From Fimbriosthenelais zetlandica (taxonomy: Eukaryota), in the NCBI GenBank assembly GCA_977030845.1, contig OZ365110.1, positions 22,320,001-22,384,000 of the forward strand: DNA of 64,000 nt. The letters run 5' to 3'. Positions 36,000-49,689 of the stretch are shown piece after piece. The notes beneath the pieces are model-generated. The model was not told the origin of the DNA. It saw nothing but the letters and a program-made list of their open reading frames with translations, and made no database searches. Within the stretch, counting starts at the first letter, position 1, and the number at the start of each line of letters is the position of its first letter. A program made the translations under genes and the position numbers.

Positions 36000-38550
36000 T
36001 AATCTTGATGGAATTGGAAGAGCAAGCTACCTACAGAAGCTTCACACACAGGCATATGTGTCTGCGAGGCATTCTCCCACCAGTGTATAGGCCTACTTTA
36101 AGGCGCTTGCATTTTCAACATGGTTGCCCGTATTTTGCCCTCCGCAGGCAATCCGAGATAAAGATTGGCCAATTTGCCACCGCTTACAATGACTTAATTT
36201 CATTTCTAAAACCGTCAATAAACTCAAGTCACTTTAATGATTTCAAATTAGTCAGTGATGAATGATGTTACCATGGCAATTTAAAAGGAAACAAAATAAA
36301 ATAAATTAAAAAGGCTTATTTGGAGGATGTTTACGGGGGAAGCAGGAACATGCTGGATTTCAGATGGCTGTGTTATTTTGTCATGAAGAAGGGTTAACAA
36401 TTAGGTTTCCAATTACCAAAATGCACCCCAGGGGACATCCTGCTGTAGCCTGCCCTAACTGACAATATCTCCTTCCCTCCTCCTGCCATGTTTCTGACTG
36501 CCGTTGCGTTGTGCTGGAATGTGCATGTTGGCAGACTTGTGGCTTGCTAATTCCTCTCACAGTATAAATCACTCATCTGATTTGCAAGAATCCAATTTAG
36601 CTGCAGGACAAACTCATTGCCGAGTCAACATTGAGTGCAATATAATCTGGCCACATTAGATTGCATAGAAATAAGGGGAAATAAAAAATGGGTATCAATA
36701 CACAAGGATGTGAGTCGGGAGCCGGAGGGGGAAGGGTCGGGCATGATGAGTGAAACAAAAGTGAGGTGGAGCTTGAAAAAGCAAAAAGTGGACAGGGTTT
36801 GGAACCTTTTATCTCCATACAGGAACTGATTTGCATTAGAGCAGGCAGGATCTTTCCGTAGGTCACTGCCCTGAACCTTTGAAGACAGCTTCTTGCTTTT
36901 TTAAAGAAGGTACTTTCCTATGCGCCTATAGGGAAGGCATCTGCACGCCCTGCATTCCTTGGGATTAAGATCTTTGTTAGAAAGTAACTTTAGGCCGTGT
37001 TCTGCAACAAAAATCTGCTACCCAAGGAGCTTTGTATTTATAGACTGAAATGGCAGTGAGACTCATACTGGGGTCTGTCGTGGACCAAGTCTTGAATATT
37101 TAACATCTTCATGACGGGCTCCGTAATGAGTATGGCCTGACAGTGGACACTGTCCAGCTCAGTTCCCCCTTAGCACTGACCATAGGCCAGTGGTCAGTTC
37201 GATACCAGTAGCATTACACCTGCCACTGGACCTGTCATCCTACAAGATGAATCACTCCCTTCTGTCGCATTAGACCTGTTTGCCTTTGCACTTTTTGGGA
37301 TTACAAGATCTAAAAACAAATTTGCATGAATGATTTATAACTGACGTCTCAAGTAAGGAAACATTTTGGTCTTTATTTGAGTTTTTAGTTCATGCCCTCC
37401 CTTATATGATTGATTTGACTGCATGATAGACAGTGGGTGATAGAAAAATAGTGGTGTAAATTGGAAGCAGTGCCAAGAGGCCTTGGCTCAAGCTGAGGCA
37501 GTTTTGCTTGAATTTGGCCCCTATAGCAGGTGGGCTGCCAGAAGCTACTATACACAATAACATATATATGAGATCCTAGATTACAAAACATACCTCATTG
37601 ATAGTGAAATGCATCTTCTATCAATTGTGAGCATGCTAAGCCAAGATATGATGGATTGCGCCTGATAGTCTAAGTTGTCTCCAAGAATATCCAATTCCTC
37701 ACCCCATTTCTCAACTTTCAGGATTACCACCTTAGAATGGGATCCTATTTCCCTCAGTAGATATCGTCTGGCATCATACACGATCTGTATGTTTTTTTGC
37801 ATAGCCTATATATGATGGCCAATCTTGAGTTTTATTGCTTTTTCTGAAGAGAGGCTCGGACTTCTGCAATATCAGTCAGGATTTTTTCCCGGAGATGTTA
37901 CCTGGTAAATGAACGCCAGAGGGTTTCTTTCGTAGCCATGGATACCCTGAATGGAAATACACCTCGATCCATCAGTGGATCTTCCGCGGTTCCTCCGCAT
38001 TAAAAACGAGAACTTCCCCAACTGGTGTTAAATTTTGATGATTCCACACTGCATATACCATGCATGGTTTCATAACACATCTCTTCATAATTTGCAATTT
38101 GAAGATGATTGACATTGTTCGTTCCTCGCTGCACTGTTCATTTCGAATCTTGAATGATTATTTTGCAAGTACATGCAACCATTTTCTTAGGCCTCAACCG
38201 GTCCTACTCAAGGACTCCCAAGCAATGGAGAGAACTAATCCCCCTACTTGTACTTAACAATGATAGTCTTGTCAGAAGCCCAGCTTTTAATATTCGCCCA
38301 GCTGTCTGGGTGATCAATTACCACTGTAGAAACCACAACTAATGAATCAGCTCGCCTCACGACTTGCTGCTGTAATAACTGTCAGTTCAGCTTGGGGAAG
38401 AGCCTCATCAATATCCAAGGCTAAGCCTTCTTGACTCCTGTCTCTATACGTCGTCCTCTGCATTCCCTGCTTGCATAAGCTCTCAAAATTAGCCATTGGA
38501 ATGGCTTGCTTAATTGTTTCCTGATTAGTTACGATCATTTAAGAAATGTT
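36000..38550 (-). mobile_element. Decayed Ngaro-like element (RT, RNase H, YR relics in correct order)
   Basis: Descending order: DRGVFPFRVS (~37960), EKWGEELDILGDNLDYQAQSI (ORF 37581-37802), LGSHIYVIVYSS (ORF 37385-37591), MKMLNI and RADAF (RNase H, ~36940-37130), LFAFSS (ORF 36597-36866), RQSETWQ..GCPLGCIL (ORF 36381-36572), CLRRA (~36140). Confidence 0.55.
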
Positions 38551-38799
38551 CCATTTTGTATGCGCCATGAAAGGGAAGACTTTTCAAGTGACAGAACCCT
38601 CTGATTGCCCTTCTTTTCTTCTCATATTGGTGCCATGTATAAAACCTCTTCTGATTTGAAATTGGACGCAAAATTATCAGTCAGTAGAGTTAGTTAATAT
38701 GAGAATTGTGAATACCTGACACCTTTCATAGGTCACATGAGCCAATCAGATTGAAGCTAAAAGGCTTTACTACCAGGTTTTGCTACCAGACAGAGTGAC

Positions 38800-41700
38800 T
38801 GAATCATCTTGCTACCATGAGATAGACCATGAACAGACATTTTGGGACCTCTGGCGCATGTGCCAAGCCCTGATGACGTCACAAGCTATCACAACATGAC
38901 AGCTATGGTGGATATGGATCAGCTCATTGATTTTCTTGATCTCCCTCTTAAAATATTGCATATTTGAGCGCCACATTTTAACAGGTTAGAGTTCTGATAT
39001 CCATCTACAAGCAAGGCCCAACTTGATCTTGGAGTTTTATTTTCCTTTAAGCAAGTGTACAACTTGATCAATCATCTGTCTATGACCGAGGTTCCTGCCA
39101 AGGACAAGTTTCTCCCCCTTTCTGTTCCTGAACAAGACCCAAAGAATTTCGTGAGCTATCCTACTGTTTTGGCTGAGCGACTGGAGTAGTCAAATGTTTT
39201 GGCAAGCCATGTTTGATACCTTTAATAAAGCTAACGGTAGTACGATATTGCCAAGACCATAGATGGCATACATGACTTCACTGGAACAGAGCGCGCAGTC
39301 ATTACAACTGTTTATGGTCCTGATTACCATATGGTTGATATTAAGGCCTGACCTACATTACATGTCATTAATATAGACAAAGCCTGATAAATCGGTGATG
39401 TATGAAATGTCTTCTTATTGATTTTAAAGAAGGTCATTTATCAGGGGAGGAGGTTCAACAGCTGTACTACTGACCTTCAAACCTCTGACTCACCACCGAC
39501 TCTTAAAGGGGCACCCGTTCCTCTGGCTTCCTTTAATAGATTGCCATCAATTCAACTTATTAAATAATTCAGTGCTTATAGTAAAAGCCAGTTTTCTTGC
39601 GTAGAACTTAAATTCAGACGTGGAAAAGTTGCAAACCTCATCTATAGGTGTACTTGTTCAGACATGTTATCTTTTACACTGTACATTATGTACACTGAAA
39701 CATGGTTTTTAGAGTACAAAAAGGTAAATCTTATCTCGGCTTCACCAGTTGTCAAAACGAAGATTGTCAATGCGATCAGAGTCATTTACTTGAAATCCTT
39801 CTGTCTTCAAATTGCTTTCCTTCCAATGAGACCTTCGTGACGCCTACAGGCTTTTAAAGTAAATGGAATTAAAGTCCTTTTTGTCTCGCTTACAAATGGA
39901 TAGAACTCCTTTCGAATTTTAACCATTCCTCTACTCTCTGTAAGTCACTATATAGCATATTGGTGGAATTAACTTTTTCTTGTATTGACTTAGCATGGAC
40001 GTGGGATTTTTCCTTATACAAAACCATATTTACTCAGAAGTCAAAATATTCTGATTTGATATTTGCCTCGGATCTGGGTCAGTTAATCAAGTTTTATTGC
40101 AGTAAAAACTGTGACTGAAAATACCATCTGTGTTACTGAAGTAGGACAATAAACATAATTCCTGGCCTGGCCATTAATGTAGTTCAGGCTTAATATCATT
40201 AAGAAAAGGAAACAAGATTAAACATACACAGAACCTGTTCCTACAGTAGGATATTAAAATGCATTCTATGACTGATCTAAAATGATTTCATTATAGATCT
40301 CTGCCACATTTGAATATTTTCTTTCTTTCTCTATTTGGTTTTATACTGAGATGACCCCAACATTTGTTTTGAATGTTGTATGTTCGTTGCATTTTTATAA
40401 TACCTCAAGTAGTGAATTTTATACTAATAATACCTTTATTCTCTTTGCAGGTATGTCTTTAGTCAATATGTCTATTGGAATCTGTGAGTATAGCTGCAGT
40501 ATCTTACTTTTAGGACAGTACAAGCCAGATAGCAAACCTGTCTTAGGATTTAGTTTGATTTTGAGCTTGGGACCTAGTCCATATCTATGTTTTCTTCCAT
40601 GCCTATTCGGTATTGTCAGGAGCATGTAACAGCTTTACAACATATATATATATATAGAAAACACCCTGAGAACCTAAGGGAATAAGTGAAAATGCTTTGG
40701 TCAGCCTGAGGATTGAACCCTTGACCCGTCATCCTTATAGTGTTTGTTCTTGGCACCCTACTATTGAGACAGTATGACACCTTGGTATCAAGTATCAGTG
40801 AGAAGCTATGTAGGATTCATGGATACAGTCAGTGAGAATTCTGTACTTTAGATCGGCCTACGTATCCGTCGTTTGGAGACTGTTGATCACGATACATGCT
40901 GACCAGACCTCGACATGGCATCTATAAACATAGTCCACTAGTGATACATCTTAATATGTGGACCGATCCATCGCCTTAATATAGACGCATTGTCCAGCCA
41001 TGCTCTATTGATTTCCTCCCAAAAGCCTCCCACTTTATTGATTTAGTGTCTTGCTTTCCCAAATGGTGCGGGATAATTCTGATAGAATGGCAATGTATAG
41101 CACTATATGGGTTTTTGATATGCTATACTGACTTTGATAAGGTGGGTTCCCCAGGGATGCTCTTCTGAATCTCATCCTGTCTCAAAAAACGTGATAAGTA
41201 TGAATTTGATGTCAAAAGGGGATTCACAATGAAAATCATATGTCACATCAAGCGTGCCATGGTTTATCAAAAAAGGATCACATCAAAATCATTTATAAGT
41301 GCCCTCAATCTCCAGGGAGTGCCCCACCCACATTTGCATTATCCGTCAAGTACAAAAAAATGTTATCTTGTTTCAAATGTTGAAAGTTTCAAACATTATT
41401 ATTCGCTTGTCTTTTATAAGGCTCAAAGGAGTGCATTGAATTTGTGGCGTTCCATTTGAGAATCCATCTTCGATTAGACTAAATTAATTGTAAATTTGTT
41501 CCCTGATAGATGCGCCTTTTATCTGTTCTCAGAATCCTCTCACCAGACCATGATTAATGTTTTCCTCAACACCTCATTTTATTGAAAGGAACCAAGATGT
41601 TGCTATGAGAAAAGCGAAGCAATATCCAGATAGGCGATGGGCTGCAATAATGCTGAGTCATGGCATATCAAATGGTGCATCATAGAAAATTAGATAAAGC

Positions 41701-42100
41701 TTGAAGACTTTCCATCCTCAACTCCTCCCTACTGTCTGCTAACTTCATGCTCCCAGAGTATCTACTGAAGGGAAAATAGTCCATTCCCTTAGTTCTGATA
41801 TGAAGGAAATAACAAGATCAATTCCCATTTTTCATTCCAATTGTTGCTCTAGTCGTACATGTTCTGTCATTGTTATTGTTTTTACATGAGGAGAAATGAC
41901 ATATATGGCCGGGGGGAAGGCGGTATATAATCATAAGAAGGGTTTATGGTCAGGGTTTGGTAGATGGGAGATGGATGGTAGCCGTGGTTGGAGAGTGGGC
42001 TAAGATGGTACCATCCAATGGGAGATATCCACTGGGGCATATTATCCAAACCAGGCCAGATCAGGGCCATCTTCCTACACTCTTAGAACGAATTTATAAG
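38800..42100 (-). mobile_element. Decayed DIRS1-like element (RT, RNase H, MT-like region, weak YR)
   Basis: LRMESLQ..ILLRFS (RT, ~41600-41720), WGTHL (~41150), and INKVGG (41025-41042) with FIDAMSRSGQ (40899-40928) in one frame, matching DIRS1 YINKQGG..ADALSR. The YR part (38800-39500) is weak. Confidence 0.5.
40695..40775 (-). other. Possible degenerate tRNA-derived SINE head
   Basis: Minus strand has a B-box-like GGTTCAATCC (40710-40719) with a weak upstream A-box-like CTCAATAGTAGGGTG; no cloverleaf is supportable. Confidence 0.22.
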
Positions 42101-44493
42101 AAAAATTGCATGATTACCAGCCTCATCCAGTGCCCGTTGTTGGAATAGCGGAATCCCCAATTTCAACAATTAGTTGAGAGATTCCCAGCCAACCAGGGGC
42201 TTATGACATAATTTTACCAGCCAAGCTTTATAAACGAAGGGGAATTATACATGGCAGTGAGGCCAATTAAAGGATTACTAGGCCAATTAAAGGGCCACCC
42301 AGGCATGACGGCCGCGCGCGGCCAGGCATGACGGCATGAGGGCAGGTGGAAAGCTTAGGGTATAGGGCAATTAAAGGATTATAATTATATTTCAACTGTT
42401 CACCCCCTCCCCCGACCCACCCCACCCCCTGTTCTATTCTCGAGGATTAAACTTTATTTTTTGCAACATCAATTTCATTCATCATAATTCATCATTTTCT
42501 CATCACACTCTAATGAGACATTTTCCTTGTATTCCTGAGGTCACTTGTAAAGGAGATTGGAGAGCTTTTCTTTTCCTAGAAGATGATATGGTATACATTG
42601 AAAGGCGGGAGGATGATAGTCACAGGAAAGAAAGAAAGAAAGAAATAAAAGGAGAGGGAGAGAGGGGGGATTTTTGGCAAGCGGTTATTCCGACCTTTGG
42701 AATGTTTCCTGCAAGAAAAAACATTATGTTTTAATGAAATATTCATTCTGAATTAATGCTGGACAAGCCTAATTTTATATTTTTCTAACAGTCAGTCTAT
42801 AGTATTCTTATGTCAATTATTTCTTTAATCCAACTTCTAAATTTAGGGTCCATGTAGGCCTTTTGTTCTCTAGGCCTATTGTTCGCCTGTGGCTCTGTCT
42901 GACTGGGGGAGTGGATTCAGGTCTTTGTTGTATTATACCTTGCCCAGTCTCTTAATCCCTCTGAAGTTTCCACCTGTAAATAGAAGAGCAAAGGTTTATG
43001 TTTAATATGATTCAGCAGGAATAAAACATATAAACAATCAGCCTTCTTCCTCATAAGAAATCACCATGGGAATGTTCACACCAAGAAGAAAAGTCAGGGT
43101 GTTAGTGGGATAAATATGTATATATACTAACCCTTTTATCCCAATGCAAACGCGGCCTAACAGCTTTTCATATCCCTGTATTTTAGAATAACCAGTAAAT
43201 TGGGTCACTCCATCGGGCCTTCATCTCAGAGTTGTATATATCCTTTCTCTCGAATCTGAAACAAATGCAGAGCATACTTTATTGAAATGATAACTACTAG
43301 ACCATCCCAGTTGCCGTAGCAAAATGGAATGTTATAAATTCATCGAAACAAATTCTTTTACCTACCAGAATAACTAAAGCAGTTTGAATCATCTATCATG
43401 CCTTAATTGGTCATTTGAGTCTGAAACAAATGTAAAGCATAAAATATATCTTATATTTATTGAAATGAGTGCAAATAATCATCCCATCCGATATGTCTAT
43501 ATACTCATAGAATCTTGTAAATGGACTCGAAAATTCTGTTAATGTAAAGAGTGTTACCTTTTGTACTCTTATGTCCTCCACAGCGTGTGTCCACCATGCA
43601 CATGTTGCCTCTTCAAGAGCTAAGATACAACTATAAGTTTGGGTGTGTTCTCTTCCCCCCAACCCCCAACCCCCAACCCCGCCCACACGCACACACAACC
43701 CTCAGAGAATGTAGAGAGGTACCATGTGAAGCCGGCAGCGGGTAGAGTGGTAGTGACTGGTGTGACAAGCCAGCCACCCACCAGCAACAAACCCCCTCCC
43801 CTTAGCCCCCCTCCCCAATATACAAAGCTACCACCTGGCCGTGGCTCTTCCCCGTACATATATGATCATATGGTAATATATAAGTATATATTAAAAACGA
43901 AATTGTGACATTAAGAAACGCGAGATTAAAAACTTTTAATACACTGGAATAAGAAAACATTGCCAAAAGGCGAATTTAAGAATCGCGAAATTAATCAAAA
44001 ATCGAGAAACTCAAAATTAAAGTGTTTTGAAGTACTGGGGTAGCTAGCTTTCAACTTTCAACAGGATAGGTTGGTTTACTGAGTACTTGTAACATGCATG
44101 TCTTGATCGAGGCTATATTATATATAAAGTTTCTTTGTTTGTAATTTATAATTCACGGTTTCTTATTTGAAAACAAGGTTCTAAAATACTTAGAAGTTTT
44201 AAGAAACAGCATATTGCTGATCAAAATAAATATACCAACATTCAATAGCACCCCATTATCGGGCCCAAATTAAGCAAACTTTGCATGTGATATTTTTCCT
44301 ATCCCTGCTCGCGGCTTGAAGAACATAAATTAGAACTAATACATGACAAAGTCATCTTTATGTCATGCAATTGTAAGCATTATTTTAAAAGTGATAATGA
44401 TATTGATTTTACAATAAAGCTAAGGTATAGGTAGGGGGGGGGGATTAGACCACTGGCTTCACGCACCAGTGACCACTGTGGTTATAAGTGCAG

Positions 44494-46800
44494 TTATAAC
44501 ATTAGGGGTCCCTGCGAGTTGTATTTTTTGCGGCTTAGCTGGAATAATTGTCGGAATAAAGTTAAAAGCCCCTGATGTATCAACTTTTCTTTAGTAAATC
44601 GCCAGCCCACCTTAAGACATAAAAAGTTGTTACTCCAGCTTGGTTTAATGAAAGCTCTAGTGGCAAGACTACCAGGATTTCTTAGAGTGTACATGAAGAA
44701 CAAACACAAGGGTCTATGTGGTACATGTTCAGTGTCTTTTATGTCTCTATAGTCATGAATGATAAAAATCATGGTGGGAACCCGAGGCCTTGTGAGTACA
44801 AAGCCATGTAGTATTTTGGTATCTTTTGTAAGGTTGGGGAGTACACGCCTTTGGCAGAAGACCTCATTGGCTTGGCTACTGATAAGTTGGCCACCTCTGT
44901 CCACCCTACTACAGGGAGACTGACATAGGCATAGAGACCATTGGTCATCAGGGACAGGAAGAGACGCAGGCCCTCAGTGGTACTAGTTATGGCAGTTTCC
45001 ATGGCTATTTAATTCCACGGAGGTCTCCTTGGATGCTGACCCATAGGCTGTCTCCTGTATATATATGCACTTCTGGCCAAATGAGAGTAGACATGGAAGG
45101 ATCTAGCCATGGATAACCTTGGAAACTATAGCAGCAATATCTGAAATATATATACTTCAGGAAAGTATGAAAGTCCTAAGATGGAGTGTTCAAAGTTTTA
45201 GATATAATTATTATAGACCTGTTTCTTGCTTGAATTGGGCCTAAGTACATTACTAGGCAACTCCTAGATTTCTAGATGGGAACACATTTTTCATTCGACT
45301 GAAGTAAAACGGCCTCCTATGTTGGTTGGAATGCTTGCTTGTGTAATGGAATGCTCAAAGCCAATATGTAATTGATTAGCTAAACACTTTTTAAGTTTGA
45401 GTCCTCCAGTTCAAATTGAAGAGTCGATATTTTCTGCATACAATACTGCATTAGTACACTAAGCACAGGCCAAAGCAGCCTGGAAGCAAGAGAGTCAAAG
45501 CATGCAGAAGATGAAGGTATAACAATATGGCAATTGGGGTCACTTGCCCATGTTTACAAATAGGGCAAATGGCTTTTGTGTGCCATGAATGATGGAGGCA
45601 ATTACATGCGCAGCTGCTGTTGGTACTTGGGTGAAATAATAATTGCACATAGGTGCTGCATTCATTGACACAGAGCTTCATAAAAAACAAACTTCATTTT
45701 TAATTGCAACCAAGGCGTTAATTTGGGTCTGTGACCGTGTTTCTAATACAGTTAGAAACTTTACACTTAAAAGAATCAACGAAGAAAGCTTTTCCTTAGT
45801 TCAAGCTATTGCAATATAAACAAATTTTCTCTTAATAATCATGAAATTAACTTTGTAAATGACGTTCTAAAAGAAAGACTCGCAGTGTATTATTGCACGA
45901 TAAAACGGCAGCAAATCACATGCTGGCATAAAGGTAGAAGCATGGATCAAAAGCATAAACCCAATGCATTCAAAAGGTAGCTAACCAGATAAAAATCAAA
46001 GAGACGCGTTACATAATGGATCGGTATTTTCCTTCGTAACTTGAAAGGGATAAAGCAAACATTGAAGCCCATTTACAAAAAGGGTTCTTCGTTAACTTAA
46101 GTCTGCCCTTCAAATATGGAGATTTTTACCCGAGAAGAAAGAGTATCAAAACATATCCCTTTTACCCCAGATTTGTTTCTCCAAAACCATCAACACGATA
46201 ACCACATAGATTTTAAAAAGAAATCATACGGGAAACGGTATCCTTGGTACTAATATCTCGGTTACGCATCAAAATTCCGACGGTTCCTCGTGAAAGCATG
46301 TGTTTTACTGAACTGGAACTTTTTGCTGTTCTGTCATTATTTTGAGTCGTGAGAAACAGGAAACATAAATAGATGACAGAGCAGCAGTTGAACTAAACAT
46401 ATCTGTAATGAAATCTTGGGGGAAATGAGACTCAAGATTATGTAATGAAATATTAGTAGGCAGTTAACACTTTGCAGTTTTCAAGGTAATATCCCTTTTG
46501 GGAGCAGTTTAATTTGCAGAGCTATTGCCTTGGCCTTGATGCCACTAATTACTGAGAAACGGAGAGCTTACATCCTCTAAAAATGTTCTTGTTGAGTGAG
46601 GAGCCATGCAGGCAGGCTGGAAGGAAGTCCACATCTTCAGGCTGTAGAAAAATGCACTGATGTATTCACTGCTGGGAAAATGATACTATATGAAAGTCCT
46701 GATAAGGCTATGGGTGTTTGTTTTACGAGCTCCCGAGGAACTGCTAATGAGTCATGTACATGTTTTGCACAGTATGAAAACAAACCGATGAATTTAATAA
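44494..46800 (-). mobile_element. Decayed DIRS1/PAT-like element (RT, MT-like, YR relics)
   Basis: ACLHGSSLNKNIFRGCK (~46565-46615; cf. TCLPNGLSSAPRIFTK), FDSLAS..CMQKI (~45440-45510), PMGQHP (~45040), TTEGLRLFLSLMTNG (ORF 44769-45002) and PLCLFFMYTLRN (ORF 44494-44904). Confidence 0.45.
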
Positions 46801-47799
46801 AATGGCTGAAGGGAAAATGACATCACGTAGTGCAGGAATATGCATGGAGTATGAAATACACATTGATGATAATGACTATTATCTTTTTATTATTAATATT
46901 CTTTGATTTAATTAGTCTGCTGTTAATGTTCCCAGGCATGCTCGGGATTGGGTGTGACGGAAATTATGTCAAAATGTTCCCACCATTGATCTAACCCATA
47001 TAGCTGAGAACAAGGCTACAGATGTGAAAGCCATCGATGGGTTTTGAGAACAGAACAAAGAGCCATCCATTTGAAAAACCCATGGAATAATGGAAAACAG
47101 GAGTGGCACGGCCGTTTACCTGTTCTGAGGTTATGAAGCATAGAGTATCGACCTCAATTGTACAGCTCCATATAAATCCTCAAAAAACTGGGGTTTGAAC
47201 CTTTTAAACTCTAAAGAGAACGATGTAAAATCAAAGGTTTCCATTCCATCAGTGTCGCTTGTTACAACGAATGTATTGCAATTGTAATGGAATACCCTAA
47301 GAATAAAAAGAAAATGGCTGACTTTTATTGACGGATGCACTCTGTAAATGTACATACACAACTGGCATAAAATGGGAGCAAACCTTTAACTTTGCAAGGG
47401 TTGATGTTGGGTGGGGCGGGGTGGGGGGAGATGTTCCTTCTCTCAGGTTAAAGTGTTGGTCTCCCCAGCATGCTAACGACACGTGCCATCGTATACCAAT
47501 GTCAACAGAGATCTGGTAGCACCTGCCGTGTACGTGCCTCCATCCAGCCGTACCGCTTCAAACCGCCCCCCATCCCTCTCCAGGTATTTGTATGAATAAT
47601 AATCGCAAAGTCCCATGGACATCTCACCGATTGCACCGCCCGCCATTGTCAGAGGAGCTAATGATTGGTGTCGCTGGTCCCCGCCAGGGGGACTCCTGAT
47701 TTGGTGAAGAAGGATTTGGATTTGAAAGGGGGGAATCGATTATCAACATCCGAACTAGACCTTAATGCCTTCCGTATGCATGTGGCCAGGAATTTGTAT

Positions 47800-49170
47800 T
47801 TTGCTCAAGGAATGTGTATTATGATGGATGTGTCTAGGGGCTGGGGGAGGGAGCAGCAGGAGGTGTGAGAATAAAGAGATGTTTGGTCTATAGAGAAGCT
47901 GGGAGGACTGGTTGCCAAGTAAATACATATTGGCTCTATATCAGTATAAGACAATCTAATATAGACATACAATGAGGTAGGCCTATACAACAACAGAGAG
48001 CGCAATATAGACTAGACAGACAGGGGCTGATGTGAACAAATCCCGGCACCAATGTAGGCATTTCCCTGTAAAATTATTTAAAGACCTTACCCCTGAACAA
48101 AAATTCAGCTGGTTGACCAAAAAATATGTCCATTGGCACTTCATAGGAATTTCATATGAAAAGGCATTAATAAACCAACCTAGAACCCCCAAATTGAAGT
48201 TGGAAGGAGTAGGCTATTTGAAGTTTAAATTGCCCCCTATAAGCCTTTATGTGGATGGTCTAAGTGATTACCAGAGTAATGAACCTCCACGTGTTGAGTA
48301 CATTGATTATGTCTAACCCAACATTAACTCAATCAACCCTGAGGAATTTCGATGGGACCAGTCGTTGTGCCCTGAGGAATTTCAAGGAAATTCACCATAT
48401 TTCAAGTCATGTCATGAATCAATGGTTATAGGCTACTAAACTCCTGAATGTTTGAATTTTTATCTCAAGTAAAAGACTTATAAAATTATTAACATTTGCA
48501 CTGAACACAAATCTCTTTGCCATGTCAACCAGGGTAACTGTTGCTATGACAACAGGATTCCCCGAAATCAGAAAAAGAAATCGAAAATCTCAACAAAGCT
48601 GTTCATCCAGTCATATTATTGAATAACATTTTAATAAATAGTAAATTAATATTTGCCACATGGACAAAATAAATAAGAAGACTTATGATAGTATGCAATA
48701 TGTTCCCTTGGGGGAATAATCTGTTGAGGGGATGAATTCTGAACCCTAAAATTAGCACATTAGATATTTTGCACCATTTTGAGAACTAATGGATTAATAG
48801 GTATAATAAATCTAAAAAGGGGAAAATACTAAAATAAATCAAGAAAATATTTTTTCGAAAATGGACTTGAAACATCACACAAACACAAAAACAAATCAGG
48901 ATAGATATCAGTCAAATATTTTGTTTAAAAAAAATTCCACAAAGAGAATTTTATTGATCATGACGTCATAACTAATAAATATTAATTAACCCGGTTTAAC
49001 TCGGGTCTCGGGCTATATGATTTGGCAGGAAACCCGGTTTAACTCGGGTCTCGGGTTGATTGAGTTAAGGCCGCTCTACCTTCACTAATGAACCTTCAAT
49101 CAGGAGTGTAGACTTTCTCCTGCTTTAATAGCCGTCTTTTCCTTTTGGCCCAGAGAGCTGGTCTATACAT
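47800..49170 (-). pseudogene. DIRS1-type RT relic interrupted by a MITE
   Basis: KTAIK..LHS*LKV (49070-49150) continues across the empty TTAA site into LDIINVLN, then EFLFRGKVFK and MSILDCLILI (cf. LRFxFxGKVYQF and xYLDDWLI). Confidence 0.42.
48328..49064. mobile_element. 737-bp piggyBac-like MITE with TTAA target duplication
   Basis: TTAA (48324-48327)|CTCAATCAACCC ... GGGTTGATTGAG|TTAA (49065-49068), a 12-bp perfect TIR. Subterminal repeats are CCCTGAGGAATTTC x2 (left) and AACCCGGTTTAACTCGGGTCTCGGG x2 (48988-49012, 49031-49055). Confidence 0.78.
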
Positions 49171-49689
49171 CACTGCCTTGATTATGATGGGGTGGATATA
49201 CTCATCCCCAGGCTGAATATTTAGCGGAGGATGCGTATTTATATGTATTTTACAGAATTGAATCCGTGTACCTATACGGTCCTGTACATTTTACAGGACC
49301 ACGACCCCACCCTCGCTGTATTTTCTGAAGTGTACATTACTAATGGCATAATGAAACTATTTTGAATAAGGAACTGAAATCACCACTGATAGAATGGTGT
49401 AGAAAAGTGGTACCTGATACCACACATTTTTTTAAACACATTTTCTTACCAAAACTGTGTCGTAAATTCCCTAAGGGTTGGATGCTTCAGGACCCAGAGG
49501 CTATGGCCTACATTTATTTAGAAAAGTAATGCTGTAATTAGAGTTGTTACATCTCAAGGCGAGCTAGCAATTAAATTGCAGCATAATATTACCAATGTAT
49601 GTAGGCGTTCAGCCCTTAATGGGAAAAGCCAATTTCGAAGTGTATCTGTAGATGTATACCTGTATGTATATGTATACCTGTACTATGAA

